DNA of 63,873 nucleotides, filler included, from Octopus bimaculoides (GCF_001194135.2; 7 parts of 6 records of this genome joined end to end with filler, not necessarily neighbours in it); one strand, 5' to 3'. Shown: positions 49,507 to 63,678, counted from the whole stretch's first letter. Numbers and translations are program-made. The notes: a model not told the origin generated them from the sequence alone.

Positions 49507-51075
49507 AGGTGCAGGAGTTGCTGTGTGGTAAGTAGCTTGCTTCCCAACCACATGGTTCTGGGTTCAGTCCCACTGCATGGCACTTTGGGTTGACCAGAGC
49601 CTTGTGACTGGATTTTGGTAGACAGTAACTGAAAGAAGCTTGTCATATGTGTGTGTGTTTGTCTCACATCTCCACCACTTGATAACCGGTGTTGGTATGT
49701 TTATGTCCTTGTAACTTAATGGTTCAGCAAAAAAGAATAAGTACCACGCATTACAAAAAAAAAAATAATAACAAGTACTGGGATCAATAAGCTTGGTTAA
49801 AATTCTTCAAGGTGGTGCCCCAGCATGGTCGCAGTCTCATGATTAAACAAGTAAGAGATAAAAGATAAATTGTAAGCTGAAATCTAGGTGCTTTATGACA
49901 ACTGTACCTTGCAAATCTTAGTTCAGATTCCACCTGGAATGGCATTGCTATCTACCTCCTGGGGTACATAGCAATGCTGGATGTCAAGAAAACAAGCATG
50001 AAGAATGGGTATGGAATTTTTTTGTAAAGAGGGCACAGGAGTGGCTGTGTGGTAAGTAGCTTGCTTACCAACCACATGGTTCTGGGTTCATTCCCATTGC
50101 GCGGCACCTTAGGCAAGTGTCTTCTATTATAGCCTCGGACCAACCAAAGTCATGTGAGTGGATTTGGTAGATGGAAACTGGAAGAAGCCTGTTGTATACA
50201 ATACAAACAGTATAAACAGAAAAATACACATTTACTCATATACATATATACATATAAACCTCTATACATATAAAACATATATCTATATATACACATNNNN
50301 NNNNNNTGTCTGTGTTTGACCCCCCAACATCACTTGACAACCAATGCTGGTGTGTTTACGTCCCCGTAACTTAGTGGTTTGGCAAAAGAGACCAATAGAA
50401 TAAGTACTAGGCTTACAAAGAATAAATCCTGGGGTCAATTTGCTTGACTAAAGGCAGTGCTCCAGCATGGCCGCAGTCAAATGACTGAAACAAGTAAAAA
50501 GAGTAATACGGTTGTGTGGTTAAGAAGCTTGCTTCCCAACCATGTGGTCTTGGGTTCAGTCCCACTGCATGGAACCTTGGGTGAGTGTCTTCTATAGCCC
50601 AGGCTAACCAAATCTTTGTGAGTGGATTTGGTAGATGGAAACTGGAAGAAGCCTGTTGTATACAATACAAACAGTATAAACAGAAAAATACACATTTACT
50701 CATATACATATATACATATAAACCTCTATACATATAAAACATATATCTATATATACACATACACGTGTGTTTGTGTGTGTGTATGTGTGTGCATGTGGAT
50801 ACATATACAGATGTTTGTGTATGTATATATCTATGAGTGTATCTTTGTGTTTGTATTGTTTCCCACCACCACTTGACAACCAGCGTTGGTTTGTTTACAT
50901 CCCCCATAGCTTAGCGCTTCAGCAAAAAGGGAACCGATAGAATAAGAACCAGGCTTGAGGAAAAAAAAAAGTACTGGAGGGAAGGGGGGTGATGGCAATC
51001 AATCCATTCGACTGAAACCCTTCAAAGCAGTGCTCCAGCATGGACACAATCAAATGACCGACCGAATCAAGCAAA
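49507..51075 (+). mobile_element. Cluster of three family 1 SINEs (49507-49868, 50032-50500, 50508-51075)
   Basis: Repeated tRNA heads and CAGCATGGCCGCAGTC-type 3' ends. Confidence 0.85.
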
Positions 51076-51641
51076 AGGCAAAATCTAAATGACCTATGAC
51101 TATTATCACGAGTAAAGAATTTCGGAGTGATGTTACTGAAGAATTGGTCTTACGGTCTAGGCGAGGCAAAGTGGGAGTGATGGAGGTGAGGGTTCGAAAC
51201 CCCCCCCCCACTTTTTTTCCTATTATGTAGGANNNNNNNNNNNNNNNNNNNNNNNGCCGTTGACTGTTTGCTAGGATTGCAGGTATGAGGGTGTACAAAC
51301 GAAGTATATTCGTTACAACCAGGAAATGAAAATCCCTGGCAGTGCAGCATCAGCAGTAATGACTCACCATGAGTCTATTATCACCATGGGTATATATATT
51401 CAATTCATTGCTGCCGCCGTGATTGCCGTCATCGTTGTCGTCATCATTTCTGGATACCACATTTATTGCTCCACTCCACTTCCACCTCCAACGGCAGCAG
51501 CAGCAGTGTTGCCACTGCCAACAACACCACCACCACCACCACCATTAGTATCACCACCATGTACAGCATCAAGCACCACCACCATTGTCAGCACCCACCA
51601 CCACCACCACCATCATTACCAGCAGTAGCACCACCACCACC

Positions 51642-51672
<31 letters not shown>

Positions 51673-52130
51673 AAACTGACCCTTTGCTTTTTCTGTGCCC
51701 TCCTACTTAACATCACAATTGTGATCCTGATGATGATGATCATTGTGATCATCATCATCATCATCATTATCATCAAGGCAGCGAGCTGGCAGAATCGTTA
51801 GCACGACGGGCGAAATGCTTAGCGGTATTTCGTCTGCCGCTATGTTCTGAGTTCAAATTCCGCCGGGGTCGACTTTGCCTTCCATCCTATCAGGGTCGAT
51901 TAAATAAGTACCAGTTATGCACTGGGGTCAATGTACTCCCTACTTACTCCCTTCCCCCAAATTTGAGGCCTTGTGCTTCCAGTAGAGAGGATTATCATCA
52001 TTATCATCTTTCCTTTTTATTGCCCACAAGGGGCTAAACATAGAGGGGACAAACAAGGACAGACAAAGAAAGAAGGTCATCATCATTATCATCATCATTT
52101 GTTTGGTTTTCCTTCTGATTTCCTACAGGA

Positions 52131-52192
<62 letters not shown>

Positions 52193-52897
52193 NNNNNNNN
52201 NNNNNNNNNNNNNNNNNNNNNNNNNNNNNNNNNNNNNNNNNNNNNNNNNNNNNNNNNNNNNNNNNNNNNNNNNNNNNNNNNNNNNNNNNNNNNNNNNNNN
52301 NNNNNNNNNNNNNNNNNNNNNNNNNNNNNNNNNNNNNNNNNNNNNNNNNNNNNNNNNNNNNNNNNNNNNNNNNNNNNNNNNNNNNNNNNNNNNNNNNNNN
52401 NNNNNNNNNNNNNNNNNNNNNNNNNNNNNNNNNNNNNNNNNNNNNNNNNNNNNNNNNNNNNNNNNNNNNNNNNNNNNNNNNNNNNNNNNNNNNNNNNNNN
52501 NNNNNNNNNNNNNNNNNNNNNNNNNNNNNNNNNNNNNNNNNNNNNNNNNNNNNNNNNNNNNNNNNNNNNNNNNNNNNNNNNNNNNNNNNNNNNNNNNNNN
52601 NNNNNNNNNNNNNNNNNNNNNNNNNNNNNNNNNNNNNNNNNNNNNNNNNNNNNNNNNNNNNNNNNNNNNNNNNNNNNNNNNNNNNNNNNNNNNNNNNNNN
52701 NNNNNNNNNNNNNNNNNNNNNNNNNNNNNNNNNNNNNNNNNNNNNNNNNNNNNNNNNNNNNNNNNNNNNNNNTCTATTCTTTTTGGGCTGGCCTAGAAAT
52801 GGTATTTAGCAAAAAACAAAATTGAATTTCTGTTGTAGATATTTAATTCTTAGTGCAATTGTTAATGTTGTTGCTGTTGTTATTGTAGCAGCAGTAA

Positions 52898-52952
<55 letters not shown>

Positions 52953-53198
52953 GGTGGTGGTGGTGGTAGTAGTAGTAGTTGCTGCTGTTTGTAAAATATT
53001 TCTACTGTTATGTTGAAATGTTGCAGTTCTTGTAGCTGTTTCTTCTGAAGTTGTCGCTGATATTTCTACAGCTGCAGCAATTGCATCGGTTATGTTGTTG
53101 TTGTTGCTAAAGCTGTTTAGTTTTATTTTTTTATTTTTTGTTATTGTATTCTCCCCCCACCACCCACTACAACCACCACCTTCCCCTCTAATGGCAGA

Positions 53199-53229
<31 letters not shown>

Positions 53230-55025
53230 CGTATAGTAATTTGTTTATTTATTTCTTGGTGAGGTGAATCTTCAGACAGGTTAATTCCAGGTTCTGAAAA
53301 TAAGGGACACTTTTAAGTCAATAGCATAAAAGAGAGAGTGGGTCACATGGAGGTACCTTCAGCAGTGGTAGAAGTAAATAGAAGATATTGAAATTGTGTG
53401 TGTGTGTGTGTGTTGGAAATTGGAGGGTGGAAAAAAATATCTAGAGATATTCTTTCATTCTTATATTTCTTTATTTGTTTCAGTCATTTGACTGTGACCA
53501 TGCTGGAGCACCGCCTTTTGTTGAACAAATTGACTCCAGGACTTATTTNNNNNNNNNNNNNNNNNNNNNNNNNNNNNNNNNNNNNNNNNNNNNNNNNNNN
53601 NNNNNNNNNNNNNNNNNNNNNNNNNNNNNNNNNNNNNNNNNNNNNNNNNNNNNNNNNNNNNNNNNNNNNNNNNNNNNNNNNNNNNNNNNNNNNNNNNNNN
53701 NNNNNNNNNNNNNNNNNNNNNNNNNNNNNNNNNNNNNNNNNNNNNNNNNNNNNNNNNNNNNNNNNNNNNNNNNNNNNNNNNNNNNNNNNNNNNNNNNNNN
53801 NNNNNNNNNNNNNNNNNNNNNNNNNNNNNNNNNNNNNNNNNNNNNNNNNNNNNNNNNNNNNNNNNNNNNNNNNNNNNNNNNNNNNNNNNNNNNNNNNNNN
53901 NNNNNNNNNNNNNNNNNNNNNNNNNNNNNNNNNNNNNNNNNNNNNNNNNNNNNNNNNNNNNNNNNNNNNNNNNNNNNNNNNNNNNNTTTTGAGGGGGTGG
54001 GGTGGATAATGTTATTTAAATGATATTGACTGGTTGAATTTGCAAAGTTGAGGTTATTGAATTTAAGAAAAAAATAAAATCATCATTATTATCATCATCA
54101 TCATCACCACCACCACCACCATCATCATCATACCACTGCTATTATTACAATCATCGTTATCATACTATAGTGGTTAATTAGTACCGTCTGTTCAGTTTAA
54201 TATGTCCTAATTTAAAAATTTTTTTCTTAGTAATATCATCATCATCATCATCATCATCACTACTACCACCACCATCATCATCATCATCACCACCACCATC
54301 ACCACTATTATCATCATCATCATCACCATCATCATCTGTCCACTTTCCCATGCTTGCATGGATTGGACAAATTTTTCATGTGCCATTTTGTGTGTGTGTG
54401 AATTGTTATAGATATGTTATGCGTTATTATTTGATGGGTTTTTTTTTTGTATTTTCTCTTAATTACAATGGTTGTATTCCCTTCCGTAAGTAAAGCACCG
54501 AACCGATTTCACAGTACAGTAGAGTGCTACAATGTCAGTGGTGTCTGTAAATATTTAGAGAAGTATAGCATAAGGAAGGAACCTGTACATGGCTACTTGG
54601 CCTTCCAGAAATGGCAGCCAAACGTCCCCCAAATCTTATCCTACTGTCATACTTAAGAAGAGCAAACATTGGCTATAGTAGCCCTGGATAAGTTTGAAAA
54701 GATGAGATTGTGCCAACTTAAATGTTTTTGATTGCAAATCTGTTCAACCAGGTCTAGCCTAGGGTTAAACAACAGCCAAGCTGACATTTACAGATTAATG
54801 ATAACTTGCAGGACCTGTGAAAATTCCACAGCCTAAGTCAGCACATTTGGGAGCATTATGTTAGTATATTAAACATAAGCAAGGAGTTTTAAAAAATTCA
54901 TTTGATATCCTACCATTTAATAAGGTATTGCATATTTACATCCTTGTAATATGTTTGGCAGATATGACGTGCTTTATATCTTAAGGAAATAAAAAGATGA
55001 ATTAAAGATAAAACTTATATATATA

Positions 55026-55522
55026 AGGCACAAGAGTGGCTGTGTAGTAAGTAGCTTGCTTACCAACCACATGGTTCAGGTTCAGTCCCACTGCGTGGCA
55101 CCTTGGGCAAGTGTCTTCTATTATAACCTCGAGCCAACCAAAGCCTTGTGAGTGGATTTGGTAGACGGAAACTGAAAGAAGCCTATCATATATATATATA
55201 TATANNNNNNNNNNNNNNNNNNNNNNNNNNNNNNNNNNNNNNNNNNNNNNNNNNNNNNNNNNNNNNNNNNNNNNNNNNNNNNNNNNNNNNNNNNNNNNNN
55301 NNNNNATATATATATGTGATGTGTGTGTCTGTGTTTGTCCCCCTAGCATTGCTTGACAACCGATGCTGGTGTGTTTATGTCCCCGTCACTTAGTAGTTCG
55401 GCAAAAAGAGACCGATAGAATAAGTACTAGACTTACAAAGAATAAGTCCCAGGGTCGATTTGCTCGACTAAAGGCAGTGCTCCAGCATGGCCGCAGTCAA
55501 ATGACTGAAACAAGTAAAAGAG
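55026..55522 (+). mobile_element. SINE family 1 (another full copy at 56448-56820)
   Basis: Full head, internal microsatellite and 3' half. Confidence 0.88.
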
Positions 55523-55554
55523 TGTATTGATTAAATATTTATTATTTACAATTT

Positions 55555-55740
55555 TGTTAGATGTCTGTCCCTGTGCTTTATTCATCGTCAGAGAGTAGGG
55601 CAGCCTTACAGGGAACTGAACTCGTTCTGAATCAAAATGAAGGATGGAGTCATTTGGAACCAGCTTCAGGCTAGCTCTTAGGAAGTGCATTCCTTCTTGT
55701 GCACCTGTTTATCAAAGTGGCTTCAATGCAATTATTGTGA
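55555..55740 (-). mobile_element. Helitron Pif1-helicase C-terminal fragment
   Basis: RVQFPVRLPYSLTMNKAQGQT resembles RRQFP..AMTINKSQGQT. Confidence 0.8.
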
Positions 55741-56326
55741 AGACTGACACATCCTACATGTATAATGTATAATGGCTGTGATTAAGATTATTATCAATAT
55801 TATTATCATCATTATTGTCATCCTTGTCGTTATTGCTATCGCCATCATGTTTGCCATTATCATTATCATCATCATCTTTGTTTTAACATCAATGTTTTTG
55901 TTTTTTTTTTGGTGTCACCTATTTCTAGCCAACATTCTTAATGTTTTTTTTTTTTTGGTAGTTTGGCCAAAGATAAAAGAAAAGAAGGAGAAAAAAAAAA
56001 AGAAAAGAAGCCAGATTTGATATGAATGAAGTGTTAGTCATGTTATTTATCATCAACTAGCTAATCTGCTTGTTGCAGCATACAACAGGCCTGCTTCAAT
56101 GGAATATATATATAAAGCTTTGTGTAGCTACTGTGATGGCAGACTTATTTCTGTGTTTGTGTGTCATTTTTAGATAGAGAAGAAGCTTTTCCACAATCTA
56201 ATTAGTTGATCGATATTGGTGACAGTATATTATATTGCAAATTCTGCTTAGAAAATTATACTCTTTTCCCAATCACTGTCAGATGACATGTTCACTGTAC
56301 AGTGTTTATTTTGATGTGCTTGTGTA

Positions 56327-56419
<93 letters not shown>

Positions 56420-57189
56420 TTACACACACACACAATATATAGTATATGCGCAGGAGTGTCTGTGTGGTTAGTAGCTTGCTTACCAACCACATGGTTCCGG
56501 CTTCAGTCCCACTGCGTGACACCTTGGGCAAGTGTCTTCTACTATAGCCTCGGGCCGACCAAAACCTTGTGAGCGGATTTGGTAGATAGAAACTGAAAGA
56601 AGCCTGTCGTATATGTATATGTATATATATATGTGTGTGTGTGTATGTTTGTGTGTCTGTGTTTGTCCCCCGTAACATCACTTGACAACCGATGCTGGTG
56701 TGTTTATGTCCCCATAACATAGCGGTTCAGCAAAAGAGACCAATAGAATAAGTACCAGGCTTACAAAGTCCCAGGGTCGATTTACTCGACTAAAGGCGAT
56801 GCTCCAGCATGGCCACAGTAGAAGAGTATATAATGATAGACAACAAAGTGAATGTTAAAGTGATAAACAGATAATTATTTATCATTGGCAATGATTAGCA
56901 AGTCTAAAAAAGAATTTTAAAAATCCACAAAGACACACACACGCACCTTTTACTTGTTTCACTCATTGGACTGTGGCCATGCTGGGGCACTTTCTTGAGG
57001 GATTTTATCAAACATATCAACCTTAATACTTATTTATTTTTAAGTTTGATACTTTTTCCATTGGTCTCTTCTGCTGCACCACTAAGTTACAGGAACATAG
57101 ACAAACTAACTCTGGTTGTCAAGTGGTGGCAGGGAGACAGAATCCAAACGTAAAAACACACATGTATGAATATATATATGTGTGTGTGT

Positions 57190-57673
57190 ATGTGATTGCA
57201 CATGAGGACAGCTGCATTAAGAAGTGCCAAGCTCTAATTGTGGAGGATACCTATGGAAGGGGTAGACCCAGGAAGACATGGGACGAAGTGATGAGAAAGA
57301 ATCTTTGGGTGCTGGGCCTCACTTAGGAAATGACATGGCGGTTTGCTGTACGTGTCAAGCTAAGTAAAATTACGGTCTTCCATACAAACAGACTCATCCT
57401 TTCAGGTACCAGTGCCTCATAAAGAGCACCCATGCTGGTGCTGTGTAAATGCACCCACACTGGTGCTGCATTAGCATACCCATGTCAGTGGCATGTAAAA
57501 AGCACTCAGCACACACTGTTAAGTGGTTGGGGTTAGGAAGGGCATCCAGCCATAGAAACCACGCCTCAACAGACAGCTGGAGTCTGGACAGCTCCCTGCT
57601 AGACAGCCCTGTGTCAAACCATTCAAACCATGCTAGCATGGAAAGTCGACATTAAAGAAGATGATGATGATGA
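57190..57673 (+). mobile_element. RTE LINE 3' end (coding tail + UTR)
   Basis: EDSCIKKCQALIVEDTYGRGRPRKTWDEVMRKNL followed by the tail shared with family 2. Confidence 0.85.
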
Positions 57674-57792
57674 TAGGCTCTTGTCTTATGTGCCATGTGG
57701 TAGGACTGAACTCAAAGCCTTGTGATTGGGAAACAAACTTCTTATCACACAACCATACCTGTGCCTATATATGTATGAATGTAATGTATGTG

Positions 57793-57843
<51 letters not shown>

Positions 57844-58461
57844 TTCTTTTTCTTTCTTNNNNNNNNNNNNNNNNNNNNNNNNNNNNNNNNNNNNNNNNNN
57901 NNTTAATTAATTAANNNNNNNNNNNNNNNNNNNNNNNNNNNNNNNNNNNNNNNNNNNNATATATATAGGAACTCATATATGCAGGTACACATGTGTATAT
58001 ATACATAACATACATAAATGTGAGCATAGATTTGTATGTAGATCAAGATACACATGTACGTGCAAAACTAAACTAGACACACACATGTAAATACACTCAG
58101 GTATGCACATAGATATATGTGTGTGTGTGTGTGTGTGTGTGTATGTCTGTCCCCCCAACATTGCTTGACAACCGATGCTGGTGTGTTTATGTCCCTGTAA
58201 CTTAGTGGTTCGGAAAAAGAATATGACAGAATAAGTACGAGGCTTACAAAGAATAAGTCCTGGGTTCGATTGGTTTGACTAAAGGCAGTGCTCCAGCATG
58301 GCCACAGTCAAATGACTGAAACAGGTAAAAGAATATATATACATATATACACATACACATATACACACATACACACATGCATATATGTATATATATTAAT
58401 ACATATATTTGTTATTTATATGTACCAATACACCCATACATACATATATATATATTATATA

Positions 58462-59203
58462 TCAGGTCATCCCATAAGTTCTGTCGGAATTTTGAATAAA
58501 GAAAACAAGTGATCATATGTTATATTTAATTGAAATTTAATCAGCAATGTACTTTCCTTGATTATCTATGACTTCGTTCCATCTACTTACAAGCTTTTTA
58601 ATCCCATCAATGTAAAACTCTTTTGATTTCAAAGCAAAGAACTCTGAAATGTCAGTTTCAACCTCCTCCTGCTTGGGAAAGTTATGTCCCCCAAATGATT
58701 CTGTAAACTACGAAACAAATGGTAGTCTGAAGGAGCAAGGTCAGGAGAATAAGATTGATGAGGAATGTTTTCCCAACCAAGCTCTTCGATCTTCTGTGAT
58801 GTGATCTTTGCAGTGTGGTGTCATGCATTGTCCTGGTGAAACATCACTCCTTTTTAATTCACTAAAGTGGGTCTTTTTTCTTCAAAGCTTGGTTCAAACA
58901 CTCTAATTAGGTGGTAACAATTCAAAGTGAATTACTCCTTTGCAGTCCCACCAGATAGAGAGAAGAACCTTTTTCCCTTGAAGTTCCCTTCTTGGTTGTG
59001 GCTGAGCTTTTTCCCTTTTACCAAGCCACTGTTTACGATATCTAACATTTCGATAGAAGATCCATTTTTCGTCACCACTCACAAGTCTATCCAAAAAGGG
59101 TGAAATGAGTTCGCAAGAATGGGGAGAAGAACAAATGTCAACTTGGGATTTGCAGTTGCTTTTGGACAATTCATGAGGCACCCATTTTCCAAGTCTAGGA
59201 ACC
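58462..59203 (-). mobile_element. Mariner element, 3' half with TIR
   Basis: MPHELS, VSGDEKW, SIWWDCKG, HQDNA, SPDLAP-like; end TA|TCAGGTCATCCCATAAGTTC. Confidence 0.9.
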
Positions 59204-59362
59204 NNNNNNNNNNNNNNNNNNNNNNNNNNNNNNNNNNNNNNNNNNNNNNNNNNNNNNNNNNNNNNNNNNNNNNNNNNNNNNNNNNNNNNNNNNNNNNNNN
59301 NNNNNNNNNNNNNNNNNNNNNNNNNNNNNNNNNNNNNNNNNNNNNNNNNNNNNNATATATAT

Positions 59363-59401
<39 letters not shown>

Positions 59402-59647
59402 TAGATATATATATATAGGTGTATAAAGGTTGAATGTGGATCCGTCCTTTAATTAGATGCTTCCAAAAAAGATTTCTAATGTTGATTCTTCATACTTTGC
59501 TGGGAGTTTACAGGCATAAATTTGAGAAGATATGGAAGTAGTACTTGTATATAATGTATGGTGAATTTATGGAATGAAGTTCCATAAATCCCATCAATTT
59601 TGTTAAGAATGGAGGAAACAAGTTGTTAAAATTTATAAAAAGTTTAA

Positions 59648-59742
59648 TTCTTGCAGACAATCGTTTCATACAGAGATATAATAATATAAATTCATGACTG
59701 AATTAAATTAAATAAATATTGACGTACTCTTCAGTGCAGGAA
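59648..59742 (-). ncRNA. Type I hammerhead motif HH8 (core intact, GUC)
   Basis: Minus strand TTCCTGCA-CTGAAGA-GTAC..AT-rich..GTAT-GAAAC-GATT-GTC-TGCAAGAA; stem I 8 bp with one mismatch. Confidence 0.8.
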
Positions 59743-61427
59743 GGAATGAAACCATAATACAAGGGACTCAAAAAAGAATAGAGCAGAAAAAATTGGATCT
59801 AGGATAGTCATATTGGTATCCATGTGAGAAAGAGATGGGAGTCATGTTGGATATTGAACCATAACTAACGGCTTCAATGGTTATTTGAAGATATAAGTAA
59901 AGAGGTATCGGAGGTGTTCCCGCTATAGATGAGTGTGGAAATTAGAGTCATAGCTCCATATATGTAGTGCAGGGCACTAAGTAGTAGAAATGTTCAATGG
60001 GAAGACAATACCAAATATAAATTAAAATTAAAGCTAACCATTGAAATCAGTATGTAGTATAATATATTTTTTTTAAATCTATACAGAAGAATAAAGTTTA
60101 GCGTGAAAAAGTTGCATATAAGAAGCTAATACTAGATAGTTAACATAAACAAATGGCAAGAAATAGAGGAATGAGAATGAGTTAAAGAGAAAGGATGATG
60201 TATATAAAGGACTCATGTTTACATAAAAAAATCATATTAAGTAACATGTATTAATAATAAAGGAGAAAATAAGTAAAAACAGAGAAGCAGTTATTAATAT
60301 TACAATTAAAGTAGAATGTACTTTCAGTGTTTATAAAGATAAAAATGTGAATTTAAAAATAATAATATGAAGTTAGAAAGACCAAAATAACTGTAGGGGA
60401 GATAAATGAGCAGAGAAAAAGATGAGTAAAAAGATAAAAATTTAGATAGGGATGTGTGGGTTACACAGAAGGCATATTTTAGTATATATATAAAAAAGGG
60501 TTATTTCAGAGGTATTAATCCAGGTTAGTATTATGTGAAGGATATAGAATGGCAGTATGGTCGTAATGGTATTCGAGTTGTAGGGGTGCCATGCCAGTAT
60601 AAACCACGAGTAGGAGGGTACACATAAGTGTACAAAGATTTACACATAATATAGAAGAAAGATAATCTAATAAGGAGAAGAATGTGTGTATGATTAGTCA
60701 TGCGTGTATAGAGGCATATTTACACATGAGTATATAGATACAGGAATTCGTGTAGATATACAATTAAGGTATACATTAAAAAAAAACTGTACAAATATAC
60801 CCATACATGTGCAAAAAGAAGGGCACACAGGCACACAATAAATTGTATATATATTTATATATATATATATATGCGAACATACATATATACGCAGATACAC
60901 ACGTTCATATTAATATACATGTCTTACTTACATATATGCATAAAAATAATCACATATACATATATATAAGTTTATACACATGGGTACATATAAGATCAAT
61001 ACCTAGATATGTATACATGGACGTGGACATGTAGATTACCTTAAAGTCATGCATGTGCATACATGTGTACATAAAACCAGTAGTAAAGTATACGTAATTA
61101 TTAGGTATACTAACTAATAGCATAAACAAATGATAGTTAGAATAGGTATGTTAAGAGCGGGGAGTACATGGACACAGTATACAAATAAAATACAAAAATG
61201 TATAGGTATATTACATACTAAAGAAAGATATAAGTTCCTATATCCAAACATGTGAAGGGAAAAAGTATAGGAAGACACAGATAAATTGATGGCCCTATAT
61301 ATAGGGGGTCATGCAATTGCCAGAAGGAAATGTTAAAGAAAGAATCTACAAAGATAGTATAAGATATAATAATGTAAAGGGGATATTTAAAAAAAAATTC
61401 AAACTAAACAAAAGGCGAGTAAAGAGT

Positions 61428-61815
61428 TATTTTAGATTAATGAATAGGAATTTGATCATGTGTATACATAAAGAAATTTTTTCATCCCTAGTATAAACCA
61501 AATTGCCATTCATTCTCAATATGTTATAGCTTTCTTCTAAACATAACCTACAAATGTTATTATTATTTGTATAAGAGGGGGCAGAAGATAGGATTTTCCA
61601 AGAAATGGAGAAATTAATACTGTTTCTTAGGAGGTGCCAAATATTTTTAGATAGCCCTGTACTATTCTCTTTTCGATGGTCCCTAAAAGAAGATTTATGG
61701 TCAGAAATTCTCGATTTAATTGAGTTCTGGGTGCAACAGAGGTGTCCTGAGTTATAGTAGTTGCTTGGTATACAACTTCTTTCATTTTACAATTTCTATC
61801 TGCTTCACAGGCATT
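61428..61815 (-). mobile_element. Penelope-like element (Neptune-type) GIY-YIG C-terminal fragment
   Basis: My translation: CKMKEVVYQA (frameshift) IKSRISDHKSSF..STGLSKNIW..SWKIL..CRLCLEE..CIHMIKF*. Confidence 0.75.
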
Positions 61816-62159
61816 ATATAAATATATATGTATATACATATACACATTATATAAATATACATATGTATACACATATACACACTCACACACCTATATACAT
61901 ACATACATATAAATAAACTCACAATTATGTAGATAAATATGTAGATACATATATAAATATTTATAGAGAGATAGATCTAGATTGTAAAATTAGATGTCTA
62001 AATACAAGTTGATCAAATACAGTTCCTTAGGTTCAGTTGGATTAATCAGAGTTGTGGGTGTTATGTTCACATTAGTTATGTATGGGCAGGATTGTAATAT
62101 GTGAATGTGTGTTTAGTTGTGTTTAATTTATTTATAATGCGCTCCTTTGTTAACATTTT

Positions 62160-62253
<94 letters not shown>

Positions 62254-62428
62254 NNNNNNNNNNNNNNNNNNNNNNNNNNNNNNNNNNNNNNNNNNNNTTA
62301 ATTAATTAANNNNNNNNNNNNNNNNNNNNNNNNNNNNNNNNNNNNNNNNNNNNATATATGGGTTACTTAGAGCTTAAAATATATCATTGATCATTACAAA
62401 AATATGGCAACTCTTTTCATTGCTATTT

Positions 62429-63490
62429 AAAGGAGAACTGGAAGAGGTATTTGGACGATTGCTTTATACTTTGGAAAGACAGCATGGACAAACTCCTCGA
62501 TTTCAAAATAACGCTTAACAATATTAATAGCAACATACAATTCACTATGGAACACAGCAGTAAACAACTCCCTTTTCTTGACATCCTAATTAAAGTAGTC
62601 AATAACCACATAGAAACAGACATCTTCTACAAACCCACAGATTCTAAACAATACCTATTATTTAACTCATGCCACCCCAAACACATAAAAATTAATATAC
62701 CTTATAATCTAGCGGAAAAAATCTGTACCATAGTTTCGGACTCCGATACTCGTAAACGAAGACTCCTTGAACTCAGATCAATACTACTCAAAAGATATCA
62801 CCCAATATCTTTAATAAATGATGGAATCAAACGAGCTAAAGAAATAGATATACAAACATTAAGGGAAGTCAACCAAAATACTAAACCAGGCTTAAAAGTA
62901 CTCGCATACATCTCCACACATAACCCTAGAAACAACGAAGCCTTTAACGTTATCATCCAAAATCTTCCCATTCTAACAAGAGATAAAACAATGAACAAAA
63001 TTATCAAAAGTAAAATGCAACCTAAATCACCGAAAAAAATATTAACCAGTGCAAGACTGTATCCATTTACAACAGAACCAAAAGTAAAAAAATGTGGTCG
63101 ACCTAACTTTGGAACTTGACCCACCTTTTGGAGGGTTCTGAGTTCCACTTTAAACAAGGTGAAATATTTAAAATTAAGTCAAATTTCACCTGTGCCTCGG
63201 AAAATCTAATCTATGCCATTACATGCTTAGGGTGCAGTAATAACTATATTGGCCAAACAGGAAAATCACTCCGCAGAAGAACTACTCTCCACAAAGAACA
63301 AATCCACCACCCACATTACAGACAGATGCAGGTCAGTGGACACATAGACAGATGTGCGAGGAATCTTAATCCTAATTTCCTAATTTTTCCCTTCTATCAA
63401 TGTTCACAGAACACATCAACACAACAAAGAATGAATAAAGAGGCAATTTTCATCAATAAATATCTTCCTCAACTAAATATAAATACATAA
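62429..63490 (+). mobile_element. Penelope-like element: RT C-terminus + GIY-YIG endonuclease (one frameshift)
   Basis: WKRYLDDCFILW, LPFLDI, FYKPTDSKQYL..SCHP, NLIYAITC..NYIGQT..R..H, KE..FINKY.PQLN. Confidence 0.92.
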
Positions 63491-63678
63491 CATAATATAG
63501 AACACCACTAATTTTCCATTTAATATCACTAACCCCCATACACGCCATACACCATTCACACTACAAATCCAGATCTACCCTAATTGCACCAAATCCAGAA
63601 CTACTTACCTCCCTTACACATAATCTTTTTACTAAGGGACTAATAGACATGACACCGTTCAGAAATCGGTGTATACTC

